Origin: Candidatus Bathyarchaeota archaeon
GTDB lineage: Archaea > Thermoproteota > Bathyarchaeia > Bathyarchaeales > DTEX01
Assembly: GCA_018396635.1 (NCBI GenBank)
Contig: JAGTQE010000007.1
Span: 2,747-66,746, forward strand
DNA length: 64,000 bases
Direction of reading: 5' to 3'
This document shows, piece after piece, positions 36,341 through 44,527 of the stretch. The first letter of the stretch is position 1, and each line of letters begins with the position of its first letter. The notes below the pieces were generated by a model that saw only the letters and a list, made by a program, of their open reading frames with translations, did no database searches and was not told where the DNA came from. The position numbers and the translations under genes are program-made.

Positions 36341-36849
36341 ATTGATAGTAGGGATATATCTTTAATATGTTTATTTGCAGCCGCTTATGCTATCGGCGTA
36401 ATAGTCTTTGCTTCAATAAGCTTTAACCCATTCCAAGTGAGAGTTGCTGATGCAATGCTTCCGCTTTCAATAATCTTTGGCCCGCCGGCAGCCATAGGTT
36501 TTAGTTTGGGTTGCTTCATTGCAAACCTCTATGGTGGTTATGGTGCCATAAATGTTGCAGTGATAGCGACGTCATTGGTGGTAGTATTGCGAACTTCATT
36601 GCGTGCATGCTAGCGTGGCTCATAGGTGGAAGCAGTGTAAAACGTAGATTTATAGGCTGTCTAGCTGAAACTGCAACCATAACTGTTATTGTTGGAGGCT
36701 ACCTATCGCTCACATATAATATGCCGATCGAGATTAGCTTGCTAGGGATATTTATAGGCTCACTAATTTCAATAAACATTTTAGGGCTAATCCTCTTGGA
36801 GGCTGTCTATAGGAGGGGCATAGCGAAAAGGTATATTAGAACCGGGTGA
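36341..36849 (+). pseudogene. QueT-family (queuosine/archaeosine precursor) transporter, interrupted by a frameshift
   Basis: ORFs 36275-36613 and 36511-36849 lie in different frames. Together they give a QueT-like protein (SLICLFAAAYA...FQVRVADA...LGCFIANLYGGYGAI / DVIGGSIANFIACMLAWL...). The frame switches at about 36550-36570. The 5' limit is uncertain: ATT at 36341 or GTG at 36275. Confidence 0.7.
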
Positions 36850-36899
36850 AAGGGAATAATTTTAATAGTAACTAGTGCTTAGTAGTTTTGTGAACCAGC

Positions 36900-37112
36900 A
36901 TGTCAGAGGAAGCAAAAAAATGGGATATTGAGACTGGCAGGGACTTCATCTATTTTGAGTATGGCAAAAAATACTTCATTCTCAGGGATATTGGGCAGGG
37001 AAAATATCAGATCATGCTGCCGGAGAGCGCTGAGGAGATAAAGGCAAGCGAAATCTTCAGCAAGCTCAAGCAATACCTAGAGATGCTGAGTGGAGTAAAA
37101 AGCGAAGTTTAA
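36900..37112 (+). CDS. hypothetical small protein
   Basis: 70-aa ORF with no recognisable motif. Confidence 0.4.
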   Translation: MSEEAKKWDIETGRDFIYFEYGKKYFILRDIGQGKYQIMLPESAEEIKASEIFSKLKQYLEMLSGVKSEV

Positions 37113-37145
37113 CGTTAAGTCTAAGGGTTCCCGTAACTGCAATCT

Positions 37146-38321
37146 TTAATTTTTTAGTCTTCTCTCCCCAACATCTCCTAGAAAGGCGTCTGGAATAAGG
37201 CTTGTCGCTAACATAACCATGTTAATGTCTTTATGCTCTAACCATGTTCGGCTTTTCCTATTTTCAGGGCTAAGCCAGAACCCATCTATCTTCTCAGATA
37301 GCCAAGCATAACCTAATAGATCTTTAGTGATCGAAGCGATCTCAGCGCTCTTTAATAGCTTACATTTATCCCCCAGTATCTCTCTAAGTTTAACGGCTGC
37401 CTTAAGCCCAATAGAAAGACCCAGCTCCCGAAAAGCTAAGCGCATAGTAGCTGGTAGTCTCATCGGTTCATTGGCCAAATATAGTTCGAGGCTTAGGAGA
37501 GCATCATTCATAATGTTTGTCAACAATTCTGGCCTATTGAAATGCCCGCCAACAATTAATCTAGCAAGCCTATAGGAGCATACAAGCAGCTCGCCAATGC
37601 CAAGCGGGTCGTCAGTCACCCAGCTCATCTCATCACATATGCTCTCCATATCCCTAATCTCCTCAGCGAGACCTGGGAGAGACGGGTTCCCTAGTGCCGA
37701 CGCTTGTAGCTCCATGTATGTGACCAACCCGTCAAGCGGATCATGTTGGCCCATGGATGGGACTAGTGGCCGCGATAAGTCTATGCTCATTTTCCAGTAA
37801 ATGCGTTTTCTCCCATTGGGCATCTCATAAACGAAGGCTTTGTGTGCCCGCTTAGCAAGTTCTATAGCCCATAAATGATAGTTTAGGCAGCCGGTAGATC
37901 TTCCAACAATGTTGAGTGCATGCATCCATTTGGTCAAATAATGGTAATATTGTCCATCCCGCTCCCACTCTAAGACTTCATCGAATGGTTCATTCGGCCC
38001 CCTCTCCGGTAAGGGTTTACCTATTCTTAAGCCGCCTATAGTCGGATGCTTCCACCCTTCTTCCTCGCTTAGACCACTTATCCACCCGGATCTAGGGTCA
38101 TCTTCACGATGTCTTCCGAGCGTAAAGTGCACTTGATCAATGAGCTTAAGCGCCATCCGGATAAATTTTTCATCCGCCTTCCTATAATAGAGCTCAATGA
38201 AATTGCATACGGCGAATGAATCAGTCCATAAATAGCGTCTAGGCTTCAGATCCGATATTAATCCGGTTTGATGGGCGAAATCGCACATAAGATTTTCAGC
38301 AATATTTACGGCGTTTTCCAT
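37146..38321 (-). CDS. conserved-looking hypothetical protein (helical, possibly alpha/alpha-toroid)
   Basis: 391-aa ORF with good coding appearance. I recognise no family. No signal peptide or TM segment. Confidence 0.6.
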   Translation of the reverse strand: MENAVNIAENLMCDFAHQTGLISDLKPRRYLWTDSFAVCNFIELYYRKADEKFIRMALKLIDQVHFTLGRHREDDPRSGWISGLSEEEGWKHPTIGGLRIGKPLPERGPNEPFDEVLEWERDGQYYHYLTKWMHALNIVGRSTGCLNYHLWAIELAKRAHKAFVYEMPNGRKRIYWKMSIDLSRPLVPSMGQHDPLDGLVTYMELQASALGNPSLPGLAEEIRDMESICDEMSWVTDDPLGIGELLVCSYRLARLIVGGHFNRPELLTNIMNDALLSLELYLANEPMRLPATMRLAFRELGLSIGLKAAVKLREILGDKCKLLKSAEIASITKDLLGYAWLSEKIDGFWLSPENRKSRTWLEHKDINMVMLATSLIPDAFLGDVGERRLKN

Positions 38322-38389
38322 ACTATTTCACCCAAACTTTTCCTTAAAATTTTACATTAGCCAGGGGATGACGATGGATTTTAGATTGA

Positions 38390-39628
38390 TTATGGCCCTA
38401 TGTGGCCGATCACTGTCTGAACAATTACGCATTTTAATCCCACACCATTTAATATATCCTTAACCTTAAGCATCTCTTTATAGTCCGGTCTTCTTATTTC
38501 TCTCCTCCTGAAAGTTGGAAAGTAGTCTAGCACGCATACTTGGATTGAAGGGTCTATTGAAGCTATTTTCTCACCAATTTCGAATAGTTCATCCAGCCCC
38601 ATGAAAGCTGAGTTGTAGGGTATGCCTACACCAATGTAAACCTTATCCTTATAATTGTCTGCAAGGTACTTTACAGCCTCCCAGCTTGTCCTCAGATACC
38701 GTTCAGCTATCGCTTTATCCACTATACCGCTTATATTCATAAAGGTCTCTAGGCGAATACCCTTCGGCTCAACGCCTATATTATTTGCTCCAGCCTCAAC
38801 GAGATCATCGATATACGATGGTGTCAGCAAAGTCCCATTACTGTCAAGGTGTAACCTGACCTTCTTATCGGGATTAAGTCTTCTCAGCTCCGCAAAATAC
38901 TCTATGAGCCATCGCCTATTTAATGTGGGCTCTCCGCCACTAATCGCTAAACCATTAACGCCATAAAGTCTCCTATAATACGTCAATATTCTAGCAGCTT
39001 CCTTTGGCGTTAGGGGCTCTGAAGAATTATCATACGTCACGCTATAATTTTGGCAGCTTCTACATCTAAGATTGCATCCAGCTGTCCATATGGCAGCTTC
39101 AATATACCTTCTTCCTTTACCTTCAGTCCAAGGAGTTGCCTTACCGCCAACAGCATGCGGTTCAGGTCCATGAATTATTCTCAGTGGCGGAGCCGAGCCG
39201 ACATCAGTTTCGATAACCATGCCGCTCTCTACGCCCGTTATACATGATCTTATCGGTTCCCCATCAGCTATAACCATACATGCCCAGCATCCGCCTAAGC
39301 CGCATGGCGCCTGTATGCGCCCCTCATTAGGGTAAATCCCAACCTCATATCCAATTAATCTTAAAGCCTCCTTAACCGTTATATTCTCTGGGACATTGTA
39401 TTCAGCGCCATCAACTGTAATTTTCACTAACTGCTTACCCTCATCCTTAACAATATTTTTCGCCTCGTAGGGACATGCGAAATAGCATGATAGGCAGCCA
39501 ACACAGCGAGAGTTCACGCATCTATTGACTGTTTTACAAAAGTTGCATTTTCTACATAAGGATTCATTGGTAAGAACTCTAAAATACATTTGTATCAGCC
39601 AGTAACAAAATAAAAGATGTGTTGACAC
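38390..39628 (-). CDS. radical SAM enzyme fused to N-terminal 4Fe-4S ferredoxin and 2Fe-2S-like modules
   Basis: 412 aa. CRKCNFC...CVGCLSCYFACP (ferredoxin), ITVDG...CGLGGCWAC...RSC (Fer2_4-like), then GCNLRCRSCQNY (CX3CX2C) and SGGEPTL of the PflA-like radical SAM core. An alternative ATG start lies at 39589. Confidence 0.8.
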   Translation of the reverse strand: MSTHLLFCYWLIQMYFRVLTNESLCRKCNFCKTVNRCVNSRCVGCLSCYFACPYEAKNIVKDEGKQLVKITVDGAEYNVPENITVKEALRLIGYEVGIYPNEGRIQAPCGLGGCWACMVIADGEPIRSCITGVESGMVIETDVGSAPPLRIIHGPEPHAVGGKATPWTEGKGRRYIEAAIWTAGCNLRCRSCQNYSVTYDNSSEPLTPKEAARILTYYRRLYGVNGLAISGGEPTLNRRWLIEYFAELRRLNPDKKVRLHLDSNGTLLTPSYIDDLVEAGANNIGVEPKGIRLETFMNISGIVDKAIAERYLRTSWEAVKYLADNYKDKVYIGVGIPYNSAFMGLDELFEIGEKIASIDPSIQVCVLDYFPTFRRREIRRPDYKEMLKVKDILNGVGLKCVIVQTVIGHIGP

Positions 39629-39634
39629 ATATTT

Positions 39635-40720
39635 TTACTTTACTTTCAAATCTATAGATACATGCCACTTATATGGTGCAACCTCCTTCACAATCCTCTC
39701 TGAAAGCAGCGCATCTACGCTTCTCCCATACCTCATTACCGCCTCAACAAGCCTCCTCTTCACATTCTCCATAATGTCAGCTCCACCAGCAATCTCATAG
39801 TAGTGGATTATGCCGCCTGAAGGCTTAAGCGCCGCACACGCGGCATCAACATACTCTATAGCTCTTTCTGGAAGATCCATTATAACACGGTCGGCAACTC
39901 CACGAAGCCTGCTCTCGATTACCTCTCGAGCATCCCCAAGGATAGGAATAACCTTTCCATAAACACCATTGGCATAAATATTCTTTTTCAAGTATTCTAT
40001 GGCATCTGGATTTACGTCGATCGAATAGACTTTCACTTTTCCCCGCATTTTAGCTATAAGGATTGAGAATGGTCCAACCCCAGCAAACATATCTACGACT
40101 GTTTCGCCATCTGAAACTTGAGAGGCTACCCTATAATGCTCATAGGATAATCTAGGCGAGAAGTAAACTTTTCTTGGGTCGAGAAAATACTTGCATCCAT
40201 GCTCCTTATGCACTGTCTCCGTATTTTCAGAGCCAGCTATAAGCTCATACTCCCTAACGCGATAAACCCCCTTAACAGCACTGGATTTAGCAAGAACAGA
40301 CCTCACACGCTTAAACACTCTCAAAACGGCTTCTCCAATCAGCGGCTTAAATCTTTCAAGCTCTTCGGGTACCTCTAGAATCGCCACATCGCCTATAAAG
40401 TCTATCGATTTTGGGAGACTTGCTAGAAGATGCGGTGGCAGCTTATCCTCCAGAAAATCAACAATGCTTTTATACTGTTTTTCTCGTTCCGGAAAATCGT
40501 GGATCAAAATCTCAAATTCCTTAACCTCTCTAGAAATGCTGGCGAAGTGCTCTTCAGACGGCCTATCTTTAAGCGGTATGAGTAAATGCTCTCCAACTCT
40601 AAGTACCTTTAACTCCCTATTAAGTAGCCCAAACCTGGCTACCACGTCTATTGTCTTTTCTCCTAAACTTTTAGGAACCCTAATGCAGTAAGCTCTAATT
40701 AGCCTTCCTTCCACATCCAT
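39635..40720 (-). CDS. trm5: tRNA (guanine37-N1)-methyltransferase Trm5 family (Trm5/Taw22-like)
   Basis: 361 aa. VVDMFAGVGPFSILIAK SAM site and the NLP-like DLPE motif, with the archaeal Trm5 D1-D2-D3 layout. Confidence 0.8.
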   Translation of the reverse strand: MDVEGRLIRAYCIRVPKSLGEKTIDVVARFGLLNRELKVLRVGEHLLIPLKDRPSEEHFASISREVKEFEILIHDFPEREKQYKSIVDFLEDKLPPHLLASLPKSIDFIGDVAILEVPEELERFKPLIGEAVLRVFKRVRSVLAKSSAVKGVYRVREYELIAGSENTETVHKEHGCKYFLDPRKVYFSPRLSYEHYRVASQVSDGETVVDMFAGVGPFSILIAKMRGKVKVYSIDVNPDAIEYLKKNIYANGVYGKVIPILGDAREVIESRLRGVADRVIMDLPERAIEYVDAACAALKPSGGIIHYYEIAGGADIMENVKRRLVEAVMRYGRSVDALLSERIVKEVAPYKWHVSIDLKVK

Positions 40721-40736
40721 AGTCGATATGATTATT

Positions 40737-41756
40737 TCAGGTAGAATAGACTTTAATATTACGCCTTAAGTTCTCCCCCTGCTCTTCAAGAATCCTCCTA
40801 ACGTTCTCTCTAGTTACAGCTGTCGTAGTCCCAACCATTGTTACGCAGGCAGCCCCAGCCGCCTCACCAATTAAAAGAATGTCTATAATATCGTCTACTG
40901 GTAGGCTTGATATATCGCATTTCTTATATCCAGATTTCTCCACAAGCCCGCTTATTATTCCAGCGCAGAGCGCATCGCCAGCTCCTGTTGGATCAACAGT
41001 TGGAACCCTGAAGGCCGGCAATTCAAAAATATTCCTCTTCGTTCTCGCAATAAGCCCCTTCTCTCCCATGCTAACAACCACCATGTTAGCGCCCATCTTT
41101 ATTAGGAGGTCGCAGGCCTTATAGAGATCTTTTGTCCCAGTTATTTGCTCAGCTTCATAGGCATTACAATGAAATATATCAGCACGCTTAATTGAAGGGA
41201 TTATTAAGCTCCATTCACGCATATAGGGGGCAACCGGGTCAACGAAAGTTAGGGCACCCATATCCTTTGCTCTCTCCAATACTTCTGGTAGGCGCTCGTC
41301 CAAAGCGCCAGTGAGGCCAACCCCGCCCACATAAAATATTGAGGGCTTCTCTTCATCGAGCACTGAAACGACAAATTCTGGGCTCAAGAATAGGTTAGCT
41401 CCACAATCAGCATGGTATCTTCTATCCTCGCCTCTAACTACAAGTATTAAATCTTTTGATGTTCCTACGCCAGGAACCCTCTGAAGATGAGCTATCACAC
41501 CATTTTTTCTGAGCTCACCCTCAATAAAGTCGCCGAAGATATCGTCGCCAACCGCGCCCACAGAACTTACTTCGCCTTTCTTCAAGCCTAGCTTCCTCAA
41601 GTCTATGGAGACATTACCGCAATGTCCTCCTAAATGCACCTCTATTCCCTTAGGGGCGAAGGTCAACTCTCCTGGGCTGGAGACTTTTGGTAAATCAGCA
41701 GCTATTATATCAACAACTAATATGCCTGCGCATGTTACGATCAAAGTGAACCCCAA
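40737..41756 (-). CDS. PfkB-family carbohydrate/nucleoside kinase
   Basis: 339 aa. GGHCGNVS and DPTGAGDALCAG signature motifs. Confidence 0.85.
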   Translation of the reverse strand: MGFTLIVTCAGILVVDIIAADLPKVSSPGELTFAPKGIEVHLGGHCGNVSIDLRKLGLKKGEVSSVGAVGDDIFGDFIEGELRKNGVIAHLQRVPGVGTSKDLILVVRGEDRRYHADCGANLFLSPEFVVSVLDEEKPSIFYVGGVGLTGALDERLPEVLERAKDMGALTFVDPVAPYMREWSLIIPSIKRADIFHCNAYEAEQITGTKDLYKACDLLIKMGANMVVVSMGEKGLIARTKRNIFELPAFRVPTVDPTGAGDALCAGIISGLVEKSGYKKCDISSLPVDDIIDILLIGEAAGAACVTMVGTTTAVTRENVRRILEEQGENLRRNIKVYST

Positions 41757-41779
41757 AAGAAACTTTATAATCTAAGGGT

Positions 41780-42442
41780 TCAAAGCATTTTTGGTTCAAG
41801 CGCTATAGCCCTTATCCAGGATGAATCTAGATGGGCAATTTTTAATGGCAGCCCTATAAAGAAGAATCGTTCAGATGTGATTTTATCTAGATTAGTAAGC
41901 CCCTCAATTATCGGTATATCATTTTCCAGCATAAGGGTATGTGTAGCTGGCTTAACTCCCGACCCCCTCTGATAAGCTCTGGGATCATCTGGATGGACTC
42001 CCTGAACCCCAATCATCTTTATCCGCTTCCTAACGAGGAGCTCAGCAGCCTCAGGCGTTATGTATGCTCCTCCAGGGCTCCAAACAAGCACGATGTCGCC
42101 CTCTTTAACTTTATCTAAATGTTCAGGCCTTATTGGCATGTTAGCTTCAAATTTTAGAACAATTGCCTCACCCATAAATTTATCTAGTGGAAGATCTGTA
42201 AGCGACTTTAGACCATCTCTAAGATGTAGTGGTCCCTCGACATGAGTGCCTATGTGGGATTCAGCCTCAATAAAATTCATGTAAGTTCCATCTTCAGCAT
42301 TTATGAATTGCTGAAGGTTAAATCTTCGAATCTGATCACCACGTATATATTCGCCGTTAACCTTTAAGACATTCGGTCTAATTTCACTGGACAAATCAAT
42401 AATTCTACAGTTCTTAAAGGCTTCAACAATATCTTTAACCAT
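41780..42442 (-). CDS. cyclase-family protein (kynurenine formamidase-like, PF04199)
   Basis: 220 aa with the HIGTHVEGPLH metal motif. Confidence 0.8.
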   Translation of the reverse strand: MVKDIVEAFKNCRIIDLSSEIRPNVLKVNGEYIRGDQIRRFNLQQFINAEDGTYMNFIEAESHIGTHVEGPLHLRDGLKSLTDLPLDKFMGEAIVLKFEANMPIRPEHLDKVKEGDIVLVWSPGGAYITPEAAELLVRKRIKMIGVQGVHPDDPRAYQRGSGVKPATHTLMLENDIPIIEGLTNLDKITSERFFFIGLPLKIAHLDSSWIRAIALEPKML

Positions 42443-42547
42443 ATCGGATCAAAAGTAATGTTATTTTTCAACCTTAATATTATATTTTCGTTTTCAACTA
42501 CCTATATTAGCCAAGGCTAGCTTAAAATTTCGGATGGAGGGATAATA

Positions 42548-43792
42548 TTGGTTAAACTTGCTATAGCGGGTGGGGAGCCTGTCAGAAGCAAGCCTTTCCC
42601 AAAGTGGCCTATATTCGATGAGAGAGAAGCTAAAGCGCTTATTAGCGCTTTAAATAGCGGTCTTTGGGGAATAGGTGGATCGAGGAAGAGAGAGTTTGAA
42701 GAGAAGTTTGCAAGATATCAGCATGCAAAATACGGCGTTGCTGTTACAAGCGGCACAGCAGCCCTAGAGATCTCACTTAGAGCCCTTGGGATAGGTTGTG
42801 GTGATGAGGTTATAGTCCCATCTTATACATTCATGGCCACCGCAATGGCCGTCCTCTATGTGAACGCTATCCCAATTTTCGCGGATATTGATCCCGAAAC
42901 ATATAATATTGATCCAAAGAGCGTTGAATCACTAATCTCGGACAGAACTAAGGCTATACTACCAGTACATATTGGCGGCAGGCCGGCAGATATGGATGCA
43001 CTCCTATCTATAGCCGAAAAGAACAATCTACATATTATTGAGGATGCATGTCAAGCTTGGGGCGCTGAATGGAAAGGAAGAAGGGTTGGTGCGATAGGCG
43101 ACATGGGAGCATTCAGCTTTCAATCCAGCAAAAATATCACTAGCGGAGAAGGCGGCATCATAGTTACAAACAATGAGGAATTATATATTAAGGCCTGGTC
43201 TTTACACAACTGCGGTAGACTGCCCGAAAAAGCTTGGTATGAGCATTATCTTCCAGGAGCAAATTATAGGATGACCGAGTTTCAGGCAGCCGTACTTTTG
43301 GCTCAAATGGAGAGGCTTGATGAGCAGACTGAAAAGAGGATGGAGAACGCACGATACTTGAATAGCAAGCTCTCCAAAATAGATGGCGTAAGACCTCTTA
43401 AAGAGGATGATCGCGTAACTAGACACGCCTATCACCTCTATATATTTAGAGTTGATCTGGAAGCGTTTGGCGGAGTATCTAAGGCTGCTCTCGCAAAGGC
43501 TTTGCAAGCTGAAGGCATACCTGCAAGCGTAGGCTACTCAAAACCATTATACAAAGAACTCTTCTTGGAATACTTCAAGAAGTGCCCTCTTTCATGCCCA
43601 CACTACGGCAAACATATCGACTACTCTAGCATTAAAATGCCAGTAACTGAAAAGGCCTGCTATCAAGAAGGGCTATGGTTCCCACAATACGTACTCTTAG
43701 GTTCAAAAGAAGACATGGACGATATAGTAGCAGCCTTTGAAAAGATAAGAGATAACTTAGAAGATCTCATAAAGGTATCCAAGTCTCACTAA
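42548..43792 (+). CDS. DegT/DnrJ/EryC1/StrS-family PLP-dependent sugar aminotransferase
   Basis: 414 aa. SGTAALE, DACQAWGA and the FSFQSSKNITSGEGG (PLP Lys) motifs. Confidence 0.9.
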   Translation: MVKLAIAGGEPVRSKPFPKWPIFDEREAKALISALNSGLWGIGGSRKREFEEKFARYQHAKYGVAVTSGTAALEISLRALGIGCGDEVIVPSYTFMATAMAVLYVNAIPIFADIDPETYNIDPKSVESLISDRTKAILPVHIGGRPADMDALLSIAEKNNLHIIEDACQAWGAEWKGRRVGAIGDMGAFSFQSSKNITSGEGGIIVTNNEELYIKAWSLHNCGRLPEKAWYEHYLPGANYRMTEFQAAVLLAQMERLDEQTEKRMENARYLNSKLSKIDGVRPLKEDDRVTRHAYHLYIFRVDLEAFGGVSKAALAKALQAEGIPASVGYSKPLYKELFLEYFKKCPLSCPHYGKHIDYSSIKMPVTEKACYQEGLWFPQYVLLGSKEDMDDIVAAFEKIRDNLEDLIKVSKSH

Positions 43793-43860
43793 GTTACACT
43801 ATTGCCAGCTCTCAAGATAGAAACGCTAAAAAAGGAAGGACTCGTATATTTCAATAATTG

Positions 43861-43970
43861 GGGCCGGTAGTCTAGTTGGCCAGGACGTCGCCCTCACAAA
43901 CAGCAGGTTAAAGAAAAACTTGAATTGAGAGCGGCGAAGATCGCCGGTTCGAATCCGGCCCGGCCCACCA
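43861..43970 (+). tRNA. tRNA-Val (anticodon CAC) with 33-nt intron at 37/38 (43899-43931), CCA encoded
   Basis: Hand fold. Acceptor GGGCCGG/CCGGCCC, D stem GUCU/GGAC, anticodon stem UCGCC/GGCGA, loop CUCACA|intron|C, T arm GCCGG-UUCGAAU-CCGGC, discriminator A and CCA. The 4-bp helix CUCA/UGAG is flanked by 3-nt bulges, giving a BHB-like splice motif. Confidence 0.85.
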
Positions 43971-44021
43971 CTCATTTTATAGCCTTTCAGGTTAGGAGAA
44001 ACCGAAATCGCAGGAGAATTT

Positions 44022-44231
44022 TTGCGGCTGTTCGAAAATAATATTTTATTTCTAAGAAATGCTTGGCTAGAGAAGAAGTTTGATTTAATCTTTGCTGATC
44101 CGCCATTTGGCATAGGGTTTAGGGAACCCCGGGATTCTCCTGAAAATCATTTGGCATCCGCTTTCAATACTATCAACCCTTTAAGAGGATTCTCGCATAT
44201 GGAGAGGGAATTATTTAACTCTAAGTTTTAG
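44022..44231 (+). pseudogene. N-terminal fragment of an N6/N4 DNA methyltransferase
   Basis: The 69-aa ORF contains FDLIFADPPFG (motif IV DPPY/F) and then degenerates, with no catalytic remainder. It lies 52 nt downstream of tRNA-Val in an AT-rich, otherwise non-coding 560-bp stretch. Confidence 0.55.
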
Positions 44232-44527
44232 ACGCTTACGCATGAAATATGCGAGTGCTTTAAAGTTAAAGTGTTCTGGATATATAGCATTGTCTTTTAA
44301 ATTTTTTCAAAGAAATCTCTCGTAAATCTTTCCAATAGTGGTTTTAACCTGCTTTAATTGGCTGTTAGACATAGTTCTTATGGAAAGTCTCTTCTAAAAC
44401 TTTAATTTCTTTTTGAGCATCATCTTTATCTAGAACCTTTGGCTTCCAATGTGCGCTCAGGAGTATCTTAACCTTAAAGTGACCTTTTCCACAATAATAG
44501 CTCCTAAATGGTTCAGGATGATCCCTC

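Noticed and set aside
38390-39628. Considered calling the radical SAM protein Taw1/TYW1 because it follows Trm5.
   Set aside because: Its length, its N-terminal ferredoxin/2Fe-2S modules and its PflA-like GGEPTL core do not fit my recollection of Taw1. I kept it as a hypothesis only.
43826-44113. 95-aa minus-strand ORF spanning the tRNA-Val locus.
   Set aside because: It overlaps a well-folding tRNA, and the translation is low complexity. It is a spurious ORF.
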